This document shows positions 1 to 10,001 of a DNA stretch of 64,000 bases, piece after piece (the first letter of the stretch is position 1; each line of letters starts with the position of its first letter). The notes under the pieces were generated by a model. The model saw only the letters and a program-made list of their open reading frames with translations. It made no database searches and was not told the DNA's origin. Both the position numbers and the translations under genes were made by a program. The stretch comes from a virus (taxonomy: Duplodnaviria > Caudoviricetes), in IMG/VR virus record IMGVR_UViG_3300042483_000388; one strand, given 5' to 3'.

Positions 1-393
1 AACCAAAATTGGTTTATATTGGACAATGATTTGCCACCCGAAAATCAACCTGGTTATTTCTATCAACCACACAACCCAATAGAAATATCATCCTTCTCCG
101 ATTATATAGAGGAAGGAAGTGGTGTTAATGTTGTTGGTATTCCGGATTACGCATATTACTCAACATTATCAGCACTTTTTAGATGGAGAGATAAGTATCC
201 ATATGGATATGTAGATACTGATGGGATTGGGGTTGATTACCCATTCTTAAACGGAAAACATTATCCATATGAGAATACAATATTTAGAGTTACCCCTGAG
301 GCATATAATATACCAAGTGATTATGCAACAATAGGATTGGTTCCACCGAACATAACAACAATAGCAGACCCGGCAGTAGATGAATGCGAATAA
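1..393 (+). CDS. C-terminal part of a probable virion structural protein (runs off the 5' edge of the window)
   Basis: Frame is open from base 1 to the stop at 393; overlaps the start of the next structural ORF. Confidence 0.7.
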   Translation, partial: NQNWFILDNDLPPENQPGYFYQPHNPIEISSFSDYIEEGSGVNVVGIPDYAYYSTLSALFRWRDKYPYGYVDTDGIGVDYPFLNGKHYPYENTIFRVTPEAYNIPSDYATIGLVPPNITTIADPAVDECE

Positions 394-1189
394 AATAAAA
401 ATAGTAAAAGCTGATTTAGATCAATATGTGAATATTCCGATCAACATGACTTGGGACTTCTTAGGTCGTGAAGATAGTATTGAGGAATATGAGGTTGAAA
501 TGATTAAAGAAGTTATTGGATCGGCAAATGATTTTGAAATTGCAAGATTTGCAAATAACATTGATTTAAATCAGGATAGCTCAATTAACTACGAATTTTA
601 TTTTTATGATAATATAAGTCCTATTAGTGCGGTTACGGTTACAAGTGCCAATTGGGGTATGTCATATTTAAATGAAGGGTTTTCGGTTCAGGATGTATAT
701 TACTATTCAAAACCTTTTACCAAATCATTTTTTAAATTAGATTTTTATGATACTGACAACGAAAAGACTCAACAAATATTTTTATCAATAATATTACCCG
801 TACAACAAGGTTTAACTGAAACGGTAACTTTATCACCAACATTACCACCTGTGGAAATTAAAAAACCTCAAATGGTATTGGATTATATTGGAGATAAAGA
901 AGGGTTCTTTATTTATTGGTTAAGAAATAGGGAGTTTGTTGATATTAATGAATTTTTTATGACAGGTAAGTTCTTTGACGGAAGACTCGGAGTATTTGTT
1001 CAAATGACAAACACACCACAAACTCAAATAACACCAAACAAATTTAACTTTAACAATGCAGATTATTATTACTACAAAGTTAAATTAGATTACAACACTA
1101 AAACTTACGAAGTGTTCTCAACGGCAACCAATCTTAGGGTTGGTGGTGCGACAACACCGATAAAATGGTATGAATACGTTAACCCATAA
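380..1189 (+). CDS. Putative virion structural protein, 269 aa
   Basis: Long ORF tightly coupled to neighbours in the tail/baseplate operon; no recognised catalytic motif. Confidence 0.6.
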   Translation: MNANKIKIVKADLDQYVNIPINMTWDFLGREDSIEEYEVEMIKEVIGSANDFEIARFANNIDLNQDSSINYEFYFYDNISPISAVTVTSANWGMSYLNEGFSVQDVYYYSKPFTKSFFKLDFYDTDNEKTQQIFLSIILPVQQGLTETVTLSPTLPPVEIKKPQMVLDYIGDKEGFFIYWLRNREFVDINEFFMTGKFFDGRLGVFVQMTNTPQTQITPNKFNFNNADYYYYKVKLDYNTKTYEVFSTATNLRVGGATTPIKWYEYVNP

Positions 1190-2364
1190 TGGAATTACAA
1201 CAATATAAGTTCATAGTCTCTCCTGAGAATATTAAATCAGATATCGTTTTTGTTAACTATACTGGCGATACAGACATAACGACCATTATTGATCCTTGTT
1301 GTTTAACATCAGCAACAACAATTACCGTTACCACAGGAACTACAGGTGTTTATCTACCTATGAGTTATGTGTTATCGGGAAATACTGGAGGGACTTCATT
1401 TCTAACGGGACTTACTGTTAATCTTTTGTTAACTGAAAGCACTGTTGATATAGGGTATTATTCTCCCTTTGATGGTGCTATTTTACAAAAGGAAGTGTTG
1501 AATAATTTTATTACAACGGCAGACACAATTAACCCATATACGTATATATTTTATAACACCTCAGACCTTGAACTCATAAAGTTCTTATCGTTGGTAACAT
1601 ATACTTTAAATTGGGGGGATGGATCACCAGAACAATTGGTTTTGGGTATTTCACCACTCAGTCACACTTACCCTGCAGCAAACAACACATATACAATTAC
1701 TTTAACCTCTAATTCTCCTTGGGGAAAATCAATAGTTCAAAAAACGGTAACCACCCCGTTCACAAATGTAACTATCCCAAACCCCGAAGGAAATATGGTA
1801 TTCTATCCTGTGGGTGGCAGTTGGAGTGGAACTCCTATCAGTTATGATTATATCTTTTCGGGAGACTCAAATACGAATATTAACGACTTTTATTCATACA
1901 ACTATACATCAGTGCCGTTTCCGGTTAGTGGGTATACGACATCCACTTTAAATGATATTGCTCAGTTTGGGCCAAAAATATATTTGTCAGGAGGAAAATA
2001 TAAATTAGGAATACAAGTAACGGGTACCACTGGAGCCGTTGGAACTTATTGGGGTGTTGATCCATCGGGTCTTTACAGTGCATATACAATCAATGGGGTA
2101 AATTATCTTGATTATGATGATTACACGGTTTACGTCACTGACTCTTATGGTTATGTTCCTGGTGAGATAATAATGACCGGGTTAACAAAAAACGAGGCCT
2201 TATTAAATGTTATTGACCAACCTGAGGTTATTACCAATCTTTATATTGAGAGGGGTAAAAACACTCCATTAGAAAATGTGATGAGAATAGGGGAAGTTGA
2301 TAATATGGGTGATTTAGAAAAGTATGGATACAAATATTTTACGATTAAAAAAGTGTCCACATAA
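1189..2364 (+). CDS. Putative tail/baseplate protein with a PKD/Ig-like domain
   Basis: PKD-like motif LNWGDGS...SHTY; Thr/Ser/Gly-rich; start overlaps the previous stop. Confidence 0.55.
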   Translation: MELQQYKFIVSPENIKSDIVFVNYTGDTDITTIIDPCCLTSATTITVTTGTTGVYLPMSYVLSGNTGGTSFLTGLTVNLLLTESTVDIGYYSPFDGAILQKEVLNNFITTADTINPYTYIFYNTSDLELIKFLSLVTYTLNWGDGSPEQLVLGISPLSHTYPAANNTYTITLTSNSPWGKSIVQKTVTTPFTNVTIPNPEGNMVFYPVGGSWSGTPISYDYIFSGDSNTNINDFYSYNYTSVPFPVSGYTTSTLNDIAQFGPKIYLSGGKYKLGIQVTGTTGAVGTYWGVDPSGLYSAYTINGVNYLDYDDYTVYVTDSYGYVPGEIIMTGLTKNEALLNVIDQPEVITNLYIERGKNTPLENVMRIGEVDNMGDLEKYGYKYFTIKKVST

Positions 2365-2395
2365 CTATTTATAAAAAAGAAAAAACAAATTTAAG

Positions 2396-3301
2396 ATGGC
2401 AACGGGAAACTATGGTGTAATAAGAGGCAGTGATGTTAGTCCTGAGGACGTAGAAATCATAATGACTTATACAGAGTCAAGAGATGATACTCAAAATTTC
2501 ATCCTAACAACTTTGAACGCACAAGACGTTCTAAGACCCTATTTTAATAATACGGCAACAGGTGGTAGTTCAGTGGAAATACTTGGTGGTTTATATAACC
2601 TTAAACTACCTGCAGACCAATTCAATAAACTTGGTATATATACCCTTTTAATTAGACCAGCTCAAATTAGAACTTCCATTACGGATTGTGGTGTATTATC
2701 CTCACTTCCAAATGTTAAGGGTATTGTGATAGATATTACAAATGTTCCAACACAATTTAAAAATAAATTTGTTAACCAAGGATTGGTTGGGTTTAGAGTT
2801 GAGTATTTAAACTCCGATGGGACTAAAATACCTAATTTCTTTAGAATTATAACATCATCGTTCTATTGTGAACCAGTTGTTCAAAATCTTACAAACACAA
2901 TACAAAAATCAATTAGATATAGATATGTTGAGGGTAATACTAACTTAATATTCTGCACTCTTTCACCATCTTCATCACCGACAAACAAACCAAGTGCGAC
3001 ACCATTTATTGGTCAACCGGCTCAAAACATTATTATAACAAACACATATTTTAATCCAATATCAACTGAAATTGAAATCGTAGATCAAGATATTTCGACA
3101 TTAGCAATTGCCCTTTATGGTAATCAAACCAAATCTATTGAAGATGGTATCTATACGATTTACGACTCTAGTAATAATATATATAAACAATACAACTTAT
3201 ACGAAATTAAAGACCAATTCAACGCATTGTTGTATGAGGTTAGACAAGATCGTGGTAATAACATTGATTTTTCAAAAGCATTTAACAATATAACCGTATA
3301 A
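2396..3301 (+). CDS. Putative baseplate/structural protein, 301 aa
   Basis: TATTTAT motif upstream at 2366; coupled to the large baseplate-like ORF. Confidence 0.55.
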   Translation: MATGNYGVIRGSDVSPEDVEIIMTYTESRDDTQNFILTTLNAQDVLRPYFNNTATGGSSVEILGGLYNLKLPADQFNKLGIYTLLIRPAQIRTSITDCGVLSSLPNVKGIVIDITNVPTQFKNKFVNQGLVGFRVEYLNSDGTKIPNFFRIITSSFYCEPVVQNLTNTIQKSIRYRYVEGNTNLIFCTLSPSSSPTNKPSATPFIGQPAQNIIITNTYFNPISTEIEIVDQDISTLAIALYGNQTKSIEDGIYTIYDSSNNIYKQYNLYEIKDQFNALLYEVRQDRGNNIDFSKAFNNITV

Positions 3302-6288
3302 TGGCAATAAATAAATTTACTTGTCCACCACAGAGTAGTGCAGCAAATCAGTTCTCTAACAACTTAGTTGGGGTACAACTTGTTGCTGGTGGTGGTTTAA
3401 CTCAGGCAAATTTTAATTTTACCACCGGAATAAGTGAAAAACAGAATAGAACTTTTACTATTGGGGCGTTTTCTGAACCAATTAATTTGGAATCAATTAA
3501 TATTGATACAATTGCCGAATCAAGAGAAATAATTGCCAAAAACTATAGGATTTACCCTAATTATGACTTATCTCAGGTAACGAACTTTACTCAATATGGT
3601 TCTTTAGTTAAAAGATTTTCAGTATCAATAGCGAAGATTATTAATTTTTTTCCGGCTGGTTTAGAAGTTTCGCCACAAACAGCGACTTTTTCAACACAAG
3701 AAACAGCACATAATATTTCATATAACCAAACAGAAAATGAGACCTACTTAGAGGTTAGTATTTCATCAATTAGAAACCCATTTGATATTGATTACACTGA
3801 AAGTGCGACAAGAAACTTTTTATTAAGAGAAAATGAGGTTTCCGTATTGAGAAATATGACGGAAAACTATAAGAAGTATGTCATATATTTAAATGGAATA
3901 GAGTATCCTATAAATTACTTATACCCAACAACAAGTACCTCAACAGAATTAAGGTTGATTGTTGATGGTAATCCTTTCGAGGGTAATCAAATAACTTACG
4001 ATTATTTAGTTATTAGACCTAACAATTATGAAGTAAATAAGGTGTTTAACATGGATTTTACACCTGTTGAGAACTTCTTACTTAACAGACAAATTACGCC
4101 GGCTTACACATCAACCTTTAAAGTGCCAATTCAAAATGAAGATGGGACATATACCATCACTAGTACGTTTGCCACTTTCCCTAAGAGTGGTATTTGGAAT
4201 TTGGACATTACGTCAGTTAGTTTTGATAACTATTTGATAAAGATCAATAACTTCGCAATAAATTTAGATACCTACAATACAAATATAATCTCAAGATTTT
4301 TAACAACAGGAGCCTTAAAAGAGTTTGACACTCCAGATCAAAAATATGAGAAATTGTTGCAAATATATGGTAGAAGTTTTGATGAGACAAGACAATTTAT
4401 TACCGCATTAGGAAACATGAATAGTGTTCATTATACAATTAAAAATGATATACCATCACAATTACTTAAAAATTTAGCTCAAACATTAGGGTGGACTACA
4501 AACTTTTCACCAATTTCAAACGAAGAATTATTACAAGCGGTCTTTACACACCAACCAAACACATTTGCCGGATTACAAATAGGTCAAACACCAGAAGAAT
4601 TAAATTATCAATTCTATAGAAACCTAATATTAAATTCCGCTTGGTTATTTAAGTCTAAAGGAACAAGAAAATCTATTGAGTGTTTATTAAGGATGGTTGG
4701 TGCGCCTGAGGCGTTAATTGATTTTAACGAGTATATTTATGTTGCCGACCAAAGAATTAATATGGGTGAGTTCCAACAACAATTTTTCCAAATAACGGGA
4801 GGAACTTACCAACAACAATTTTCGGTTTATGAAACTAGTAACGTATTTTCAATACATGGAGTACAATATACTGGATTTACAACAACTACATCAAACGAAA
4901 ATGTAACAACAATACGAAATGATTATCCTGTTGATGATTTTGGTTGTCCACAAATGCCAATCCCATCAGAAACGTATTTTTATCAAATTGGTGGTGGTTG
5001 GTTTGAATCAACACCAGAACATAGAATGCCGGCAGCATTCATACCAACCAATTTAACATTTACCGGAAACAACCCAAATTTTCAAACAACACTTTTACCA
5101 TTTAATTATGGTCTGGAGTATCTACAACGATATGAACAATTTCCGTTTATGGATTTAGGTTTCAAATTAAGAAGTGTTATTGATAATAAAAAAAGTTGGG
5201 TTAATAATGAACCAACATTAAGAAAAAGTTTTGATGGTGGATTTAATGCGTATTATTCTGTTGGAGAAGAATGTTTAACAATTAATGTAAAAAATGTTGA
5301 TGTGTTTATGAACCCATCACAAGGTCTTGTTTATGATGTTTGGACAATGTCAAGACAATATAATTACCCAATTCCGGAACAAGGACTATTCTACTCACCA
5401 CCATCACCTTGTAATATACCAAACCCATACCCAAAAATTGGTGGAATAGATTGGACAGTTATTATACCAAAACCAAAACAAAAAACATTCTTTGAGTTTG
5501 CTCAAACTTTTTGGCATAATATGATAAATGTTAGAAATCGTCAATACATTACGGATGGTAAAACTGGAGGGTATCCAACACTACAATCTATTTATTGGAA
5601 GTATTTGGAGTCAGGACAAACTATAGGAATTCCTAACGATAATTTTACATATCAAACGATGATTGATTATGTAAATGGTATGGGGGATTATTGGGTTAGA
5701 TTAGTGGAACAAATGATACCGGCAACCACAATTTGGAATACTGGTGTCAGACTTGAAAACTCAATATTCCATAGACAAAAATTCGTATGGAGAAGACAAG
5801 TTGGGTGTCAAATTATACCGGTTCCTTGCAAACCTTGTTCTCTTACCACACAACTATATGTTTATGATTGTCCAATACAACAGGTAACTTGTCCACTATA
5901 TCCTTGGAATAGTGATCCACAATCAACCTCATTTGGTGTTGTATTGAATAGTACTCTAGATAACTTCTATAGTGTTAATGGTTTAAATGCTTCTGTTTGT
6001 CAACCATCATCAGTTGTTACCACATGGTATGTGGATATAAGATTGAATGGTGTTCCATTGACACAATACCCTTTCTTTAATGGTATTGGTAATTTATCCG
6101 CACCAACAGATACTCAGTGGGTGGTAGCGTTAGAAGATGTGTTAGATAGTTTACTCACATTAGGATATAGTTATAATATAGATACGGACAATGATTTGGT
6201 TCAGGTATATAGTAATAATTGTCAACCAAACTCTGACGACTTTCAAATAAACGTAGGAATTTCCTTTGAATTATATTGTAATAACTAA
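3301..6288 (+). CDS. Baseplate wedge-like protein, 995 aa
   Basis: Segment LLKNLAQTLGW...LFKSKGTRKSIECLLRMVG resembles P2 gpI / T4 gp7-type wedge motifs; operon context. Confidence 0.55.
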   Translation: MAINKFTCPPQSSAANQFSNNLVGVQLVAGGGLTQANFNFTTGISEKQNRTFTIGAFSEPINLESINIDTIAESREIIAKNYRIYPNYDLSQVTNFTQYGSLVKRFSVSIAKIINFFPAGLEVSPQTATFSTQETAHNISYNQTENETYLEVSISSIRNPFDIDYTESATRNFLLRENEVSVLRNMTENYKKYVIYLNGIEYPINYLYPTTSTSTELRLIVDGNPFEGNQITYDYLVIRPNNYEVNKVFNMDFTPVENFLLNRQITPAYTSTFKVPIQNEDGTYTITSTFATFPKSGIWNLDITSVSFDNYLIKINNFAINLDTYNTNIISRFLTTGALKEFDTPDQKYEKLLQIYGRSFDETRQFITALGNMNSVHYTIKNDIPSQLLKNLAQTLGWTTNFSPISNEELLQAVFTHQPNTFAGLQIGQTPEELNYQFYRNLILNSAWLFKSKGTRKSIECLLRMVGAPEALIDFNEYIYVADQRINMGEFQQQFFQITGGTYQQQFSVYETSNVFSIHGVQYTGFTTTTSNENVTTIRNDYPVDDFGCPQMPIPSETYFYQIGGGWFESTPEHRMPAAFIPTNLTFTGNNPNFQTTLLPFNYGLEYLQRYEQFPFMDLGFKLRSVIDNKKSWVNNEPTLRKSFDGGFNAYYSVGEECLTINVKNVDVFMNPSQGLVYDVWTMSRQYNYPIPEQGLFYSPPSPCNIPNPYPKIGGIDWTVIIPKPKQKTFFEFAQTFWHNMINVRNRQYITDGKTGGYPTLQSIYWKYLESGQTIGIPNDNFTYQTMIDYVNGMGDYWVRLVEQMIPATTIWNTGVRLENSIFHRQKFVWRRQVGCQIIPVPCKPCSLTTQLYVYDCPIQQVTCPLYPWNSDPQSTSFGVVLNSTLDNFYSVNGLNASVCQPSSVVTTWYVDIRLNGVPLTQYPFFNGIGNLSAPTDTQWVVALEDVLDSLLTLGYSYNIDTDNDLVQVYSNNCQPNSDDFQINVGISFELYCNN

Positions 6289-8468
6289 TGGGATATATTA
6301 ATGTATATGGTTATAATGTAACCGGTGATTGTGAAAACATAGGTGTTGGTTCAGTAAGTTTTTTAATAAATGGAGATACACCACCTTTTGGGGTTACATG
6401 TGTTGGATCTGGTTGTACGTTACCAACATCGGCATCAACAACATCTTATAGTGCGGAGAACTTAACGGGAGGAACATATTTTTTACAAATAATAGATGGG
6501 TCATCCACATCAAGATTACAAACGGTTTATATTTCAACAGGGACTACCGCAACAATTGACTCATCAAATACTACCTGTGGATTTAATAATGGTACCGTAA
6601 CTGGATTCACTTCTGGAGTTTATGGTAATGCAACATTTGATCTCTACGATATTTTAAATAATGTAGTGTCTAGTGGTTCAACACCAAACTCTTATTTTGA
6701 ATTTACAAATTTATCTGCCGGAACATACTATATAGTCGCTAATGATGGTGGTGGGTGTACGGGAATTACGGCATCTGTTATTATCAACCCATCAACACCG
6801 TTTAATTTCGGTTATTATGTTGTTGATGATGCGGGATGTGCGTCATCAAGTGGTAAAATATTTATTACTGGTTTAACGCCTAGTTCGGCATATACATATA
6901 GTTGGTCATCTAATGTTGGGTCACAAACAGGGGATACAATGACAGGTTTAACCGCTGGTACCTATACGGTAACAATCACAAACCCTATTGATTGTGAGTC
7001 GTCAAGTGCGATAACAGTAACACAAGTACAGGCCGTTGGTAGTGCTGGATTTATTGTAACACCACCAAGTTGTTTCCAAAATGATGGTGTAGTTATTGCA
7101 ATTCTAACTGGAGGTACCGGACCATACTATTATAGTGGGTCAACAGGTGAAGTGGGAATATCTTTTGATACATCATTTACCTTTAGTGGTGTACCTACAG
7201 GCGTGTTTAATGTTTATGTTATGGATGCTGGTCTTTGTACTTATAGTGCTTCTGTTACTTTAAACACTCCAGGATCATTTAATTCTGTAAATGCTATAAC
7301 AACAAATTCCACCTGTTCTACAAACGACGGGACACTCCAAATTATTGTTGATAACGGAGCAACATCAGCCGTTAATTTACAAATACAAATATCTGGATCA
7401 ACAGGAATTATTCAAACGGGAACTGTTGGTAATGCAAATCAAACATTCTACGGATTACCAAATGGGACTTATATTTATGCCGTATCTTCAGTTGGGTGTA
7501 TATATACAGGAACTACAAGTATAATTTCGGTTAATAAATATACTGTTACAGCAACAACCGTTGGTACCACATGTGGATTTAATAATGGATCTTTAGAGGT
7601 TACAGTATCAACTGGTGGCACTTTACCATATAACTTTACGTTAACAGGGCCAACATACAATCCATCAACAACTAGTGGACCTATAGGTATATTTAATAAC
7701 CTGTTATATGGTAATTATACTTTAACCGTACAAGATTCTGGAATTCCGGCGTGTATACAAACTTACCCAATTTATATCAATTATAGTCAAAATATGTATT
7801 TTGATTTGAACCCTATTAATCCTGTGAATGGTAATGATGGTCAAATATCGACCACAATATATTCGGGAGTCCCTCCATTCACATTAAGTTGGAGTGGAAA
7901 TGTTATTGGTCAGACAGGATCAACAATAACTGGACTAACAAGTGGTACTTACGATTTAACAATAACTGATAGTAGTGGTTGTACACTAACAAAATCGGTT
8001 ACATTATTAGGAACCAAATTATATAGTGATTATATGTTCCATACAATATGTGAGGACATGTTTAAACCAAACGGATCTATTGGTGTAAGGAACATTAGGT
8101 CTATGTATTTGGAAGGTTTTGGAGACCTTACTAGTGGTGATACAAATTGTATTATAAATTCCGCAACATTCTCAATTTATACGGACGTTGATGGTGACAT
8201 TAAAATACAACCATTTTATGTGTCAACAGGAGCCACTGACTATCCAAATGATATTGTTTGGTCAGATAGTATTGTTGCAGCATTAGAAGAATATGTTGGT
8301 ATTACAGATGTTACGGTAGATTTAATATCAAATAGAATTACCTTAACATCTGGATGTGAAAAAATAACTAAGGATTGTATTTTACAACCATTCAATCCAC
8401 TACAAGATACCGAAATAACGGTTAAATTGGTTATTGATTATGAAATATCTTGTGTAACTTGTATATAA
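6288..8468 (+). CDS. Tail fibre/adhesin-like protein with SprB-type beta-sandwich repeats
   Basis: Repeated FTNLSAGTYYIVANDGGGC, GLTAGTYTVTITNPIDC and GLTSGTYDLTITDSSGC motifs. Confidence 0.6.
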   Translation: MGYINVYGYNVTGDCENIGVGSVSFLINGDTPPFGVTCVGSGCTLPTSASTTSYSAENLTGGTYFLQIIDGSSTSRLQTVYISTGTTATIDSSNTTCGFNNGTVTGFTSGVYGNATFDLYDILNNVVSSGSTPNSYFEFTNLSAGTYYIVANDGGGCTGITASVIINPSTPFNFGYYVVDDAGCASSSGKIFITGLTPSSAYTYSWSSNVGSQTGDTMTGLTAGTYTVTITNPIDCESSSAITVTQVQAVGSAGFIVTPPSCFQNDGVVIAILTGGTGPYYYSGSTGEVGISFDTSFTFSGVPTGVFNVYVMDAGLCTYSASVTLNTPGSFNSVNAITTNSTCSTNDGTLQIIVDNGATSAVNLQIQISGSTGIIQTGTVGNANQTFYGLPNGTYIYAVSSVGCIYTGTTSIISVNKYTVTATTVGTTCGFNNGSLEVTVSTGGTLPYNFTLTGPTYNPSTTSGPIGIFNNLLYGNYTLTVQDSGIPACIQTYPIYINYSQNMYFDLNPINPVNGNDGQISTTIYSGVPPFTLSWSGNVIGQTGSTITGLTSGTYDLTITDSSGCTLTKSVTLLGTKLYSDYMFHTICEDMFKPNGSIGVRNIRSMYLEGFGDLTSGDTNCIINSATFSIYTDVDGDIKIQPFYVSTGATDYPNDIVWSDSIVAALEEYVGITDVTVDLISNRITLTSGCEKITKDCILQPFNPLQDTEITVKLVIDYEISCVTCI

Positions 8469-8471
8469 GAC

Positions 8472-8963
8472 ATGAACGAAATAACAATATCTTCAATTTC
8501 AGGGTTAACCCCACCATTTAGTGCGTATTGTTGTAATGTTTATGGTAATCAATGTGTCTATGTTGGGTCGGGAGTAATGCCTCCTATTACTATAACATTA
8601 CCACCACAATTTAATACCGCACCTGCTGTTGGTTTATTAATAATAGACTCAATTGGGTGTGAAAGATTTGAAGAAATATATTGTATACCGACAACGCCAA
8701 CGCCCACACCTACCCCTACAGAAACGCCAACACCTACACCAACTCCCACACCAACTCCCACACCAACAATACCTTGTAATACTTATTGGTTATTTGAGGG
8801 TGGTCCAGCAGGGGCTACGTTTGATTATACAGATTGTGATGGGTTGTTACAAATACTTCTGGTTGGTATTGCTAGTTCCGAATATCGTTGTGGATACCTT
8901 TTACCCACCCCAACAATAATATCAGGTAGTGGGTCATTTTCAGATTCAGGACCTTGTCCTTAA
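8472..8963 (+). CDS. Cys-rich virion protein with a Pro-Thr linker
   Basis: (PT)n tract of about 30 aa between two small Cys-containing domains. Confidence 0.7.
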   Translation: MNEITISSISGLTPPFSAYCCNVYGNQCVYVGSGVMPPITITLPPQFNTAPAVGLLIIDSIGCERFEEIYCIPTTPTPTPTPTETPTPTPTPTPTPTPTIPCNTYWLFEGGPAGATFDYTDCDGLLQILLVGIASSEYRCGYLLPTPTIISGSGSFSDSGPCP

Positions 8964-9004
8964 TTTAGATTCACTTATTAAAAATAACGATTATTATTTC
9001 ACTA

Positions 9005-9985
9005 ATGAAAGAGATTTTATTTGTATCTGCCCAACCTGATGTTCCCTATTTTATTTGGCAAATTAAACTTTATGTTAACAACTTTATTGATAATGGTATT
9101 GACCCAAATCAAATACACGTTGTTTTAGGTTTAGTTCTTGGTAAAACAGAACCGTCTAAAGGGGCAAAAGAATTGGTTAATTTGGGGATAAATACACACT
9201 TTTTTATTGATAATAGAGTTAAAAAACATTATATCCCAAGTATTAAACCATATTTAATATCAAAATGGATACAATCAAACCCTGATTATGGGAAGATATT
9301 TTTCCTACACGATGCGGACATTATATTTAGGGAACTACCGAAATTTAATCGGTTGTTAAACGATGAGGTAAGTTATTTATCTGATACCATTGGATATATT
9401 GGTTATGATTACATTATGGATTGTTGTAAAAGATATGAATCAAAACACCCAAACTCAGAAAAGGGACAATTAATGTCTGAGATGGTTGAAGTAATTGGGG
9501 TTGATGTTGAAACAATAAAAGAAAACCAAGAAAATTCAGGTGGAGGACAATACCTGATCAAAAATACAACTTGTGAACTTTGGGATAAAATCTATAAAGA
9601 TTCAACCACATTATATGATAAGATGTTAGACTACCAAAAAAGATTCCCAATAAATCCAGGCCAAATACAATTTTGGACAGCAGAAATGTGGTCTCTTTTA
9701 TGGAACCTATGGATGTATGGGTTTAAAACAAAAATAACAAATGAGTTTGAATTTTGTTGGGCAACAGATGATATTAATAAGTACAATACCACACCAATAC
9801 TACATATGGCTGGAGTAACACAAGATATAAAAACTACAAAGTTTTTTAAAGGTGATTATATTAATATAGACCCAATTGAGGAATTAAGAAAAAACCCAAA
9901 CGTTTTTGATTATATAGATTCAAATAGTTCAACAATAAAATATATTGAGAATATGAAATCATATCTCCAAAAATCAAATATTTGA
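9005..9985 (+). CDS. GT-A fold glycosyltransferase, resembling the HPAT/SGT1 (GT95/GT96) type
   Basis: DxD motif FFLHDADIIF; KPYLISKWI; WTAEMWSLLW; PILHMAG. Confidence 0.6.
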   Translation: MKEILFVSAQPDVPYFIWQIKLYVNNFIDNGIDPNQIHVVLGLVLGKTEPSKGAKELVNLGINTHFFIDNRVKKHYIPSIKPYLISKWIQSNPDYGKIFFLHDADIIFRELPKFNRLLNDEVSYLSDTIGYIGYDYIMDCCKRYESKHPNSEKGQLMSEMVEVIGVDVETIKENQENSGGGQYLIKNTTCELWDKIYKDSTTLYDKMLDYQKRFPINPGQIQFWTAEMWSLLWNLWMYGFKTKITNEFEFCWATDDINKYNTTPILHMAGVTQDIKTTKFFKGDYINIDPIEELRKNPNVFDYIDSNSSTIKYIENMKSYLQKSNI

Positions 9986-10001
9986 TTATTTATCTAATAA
10001 G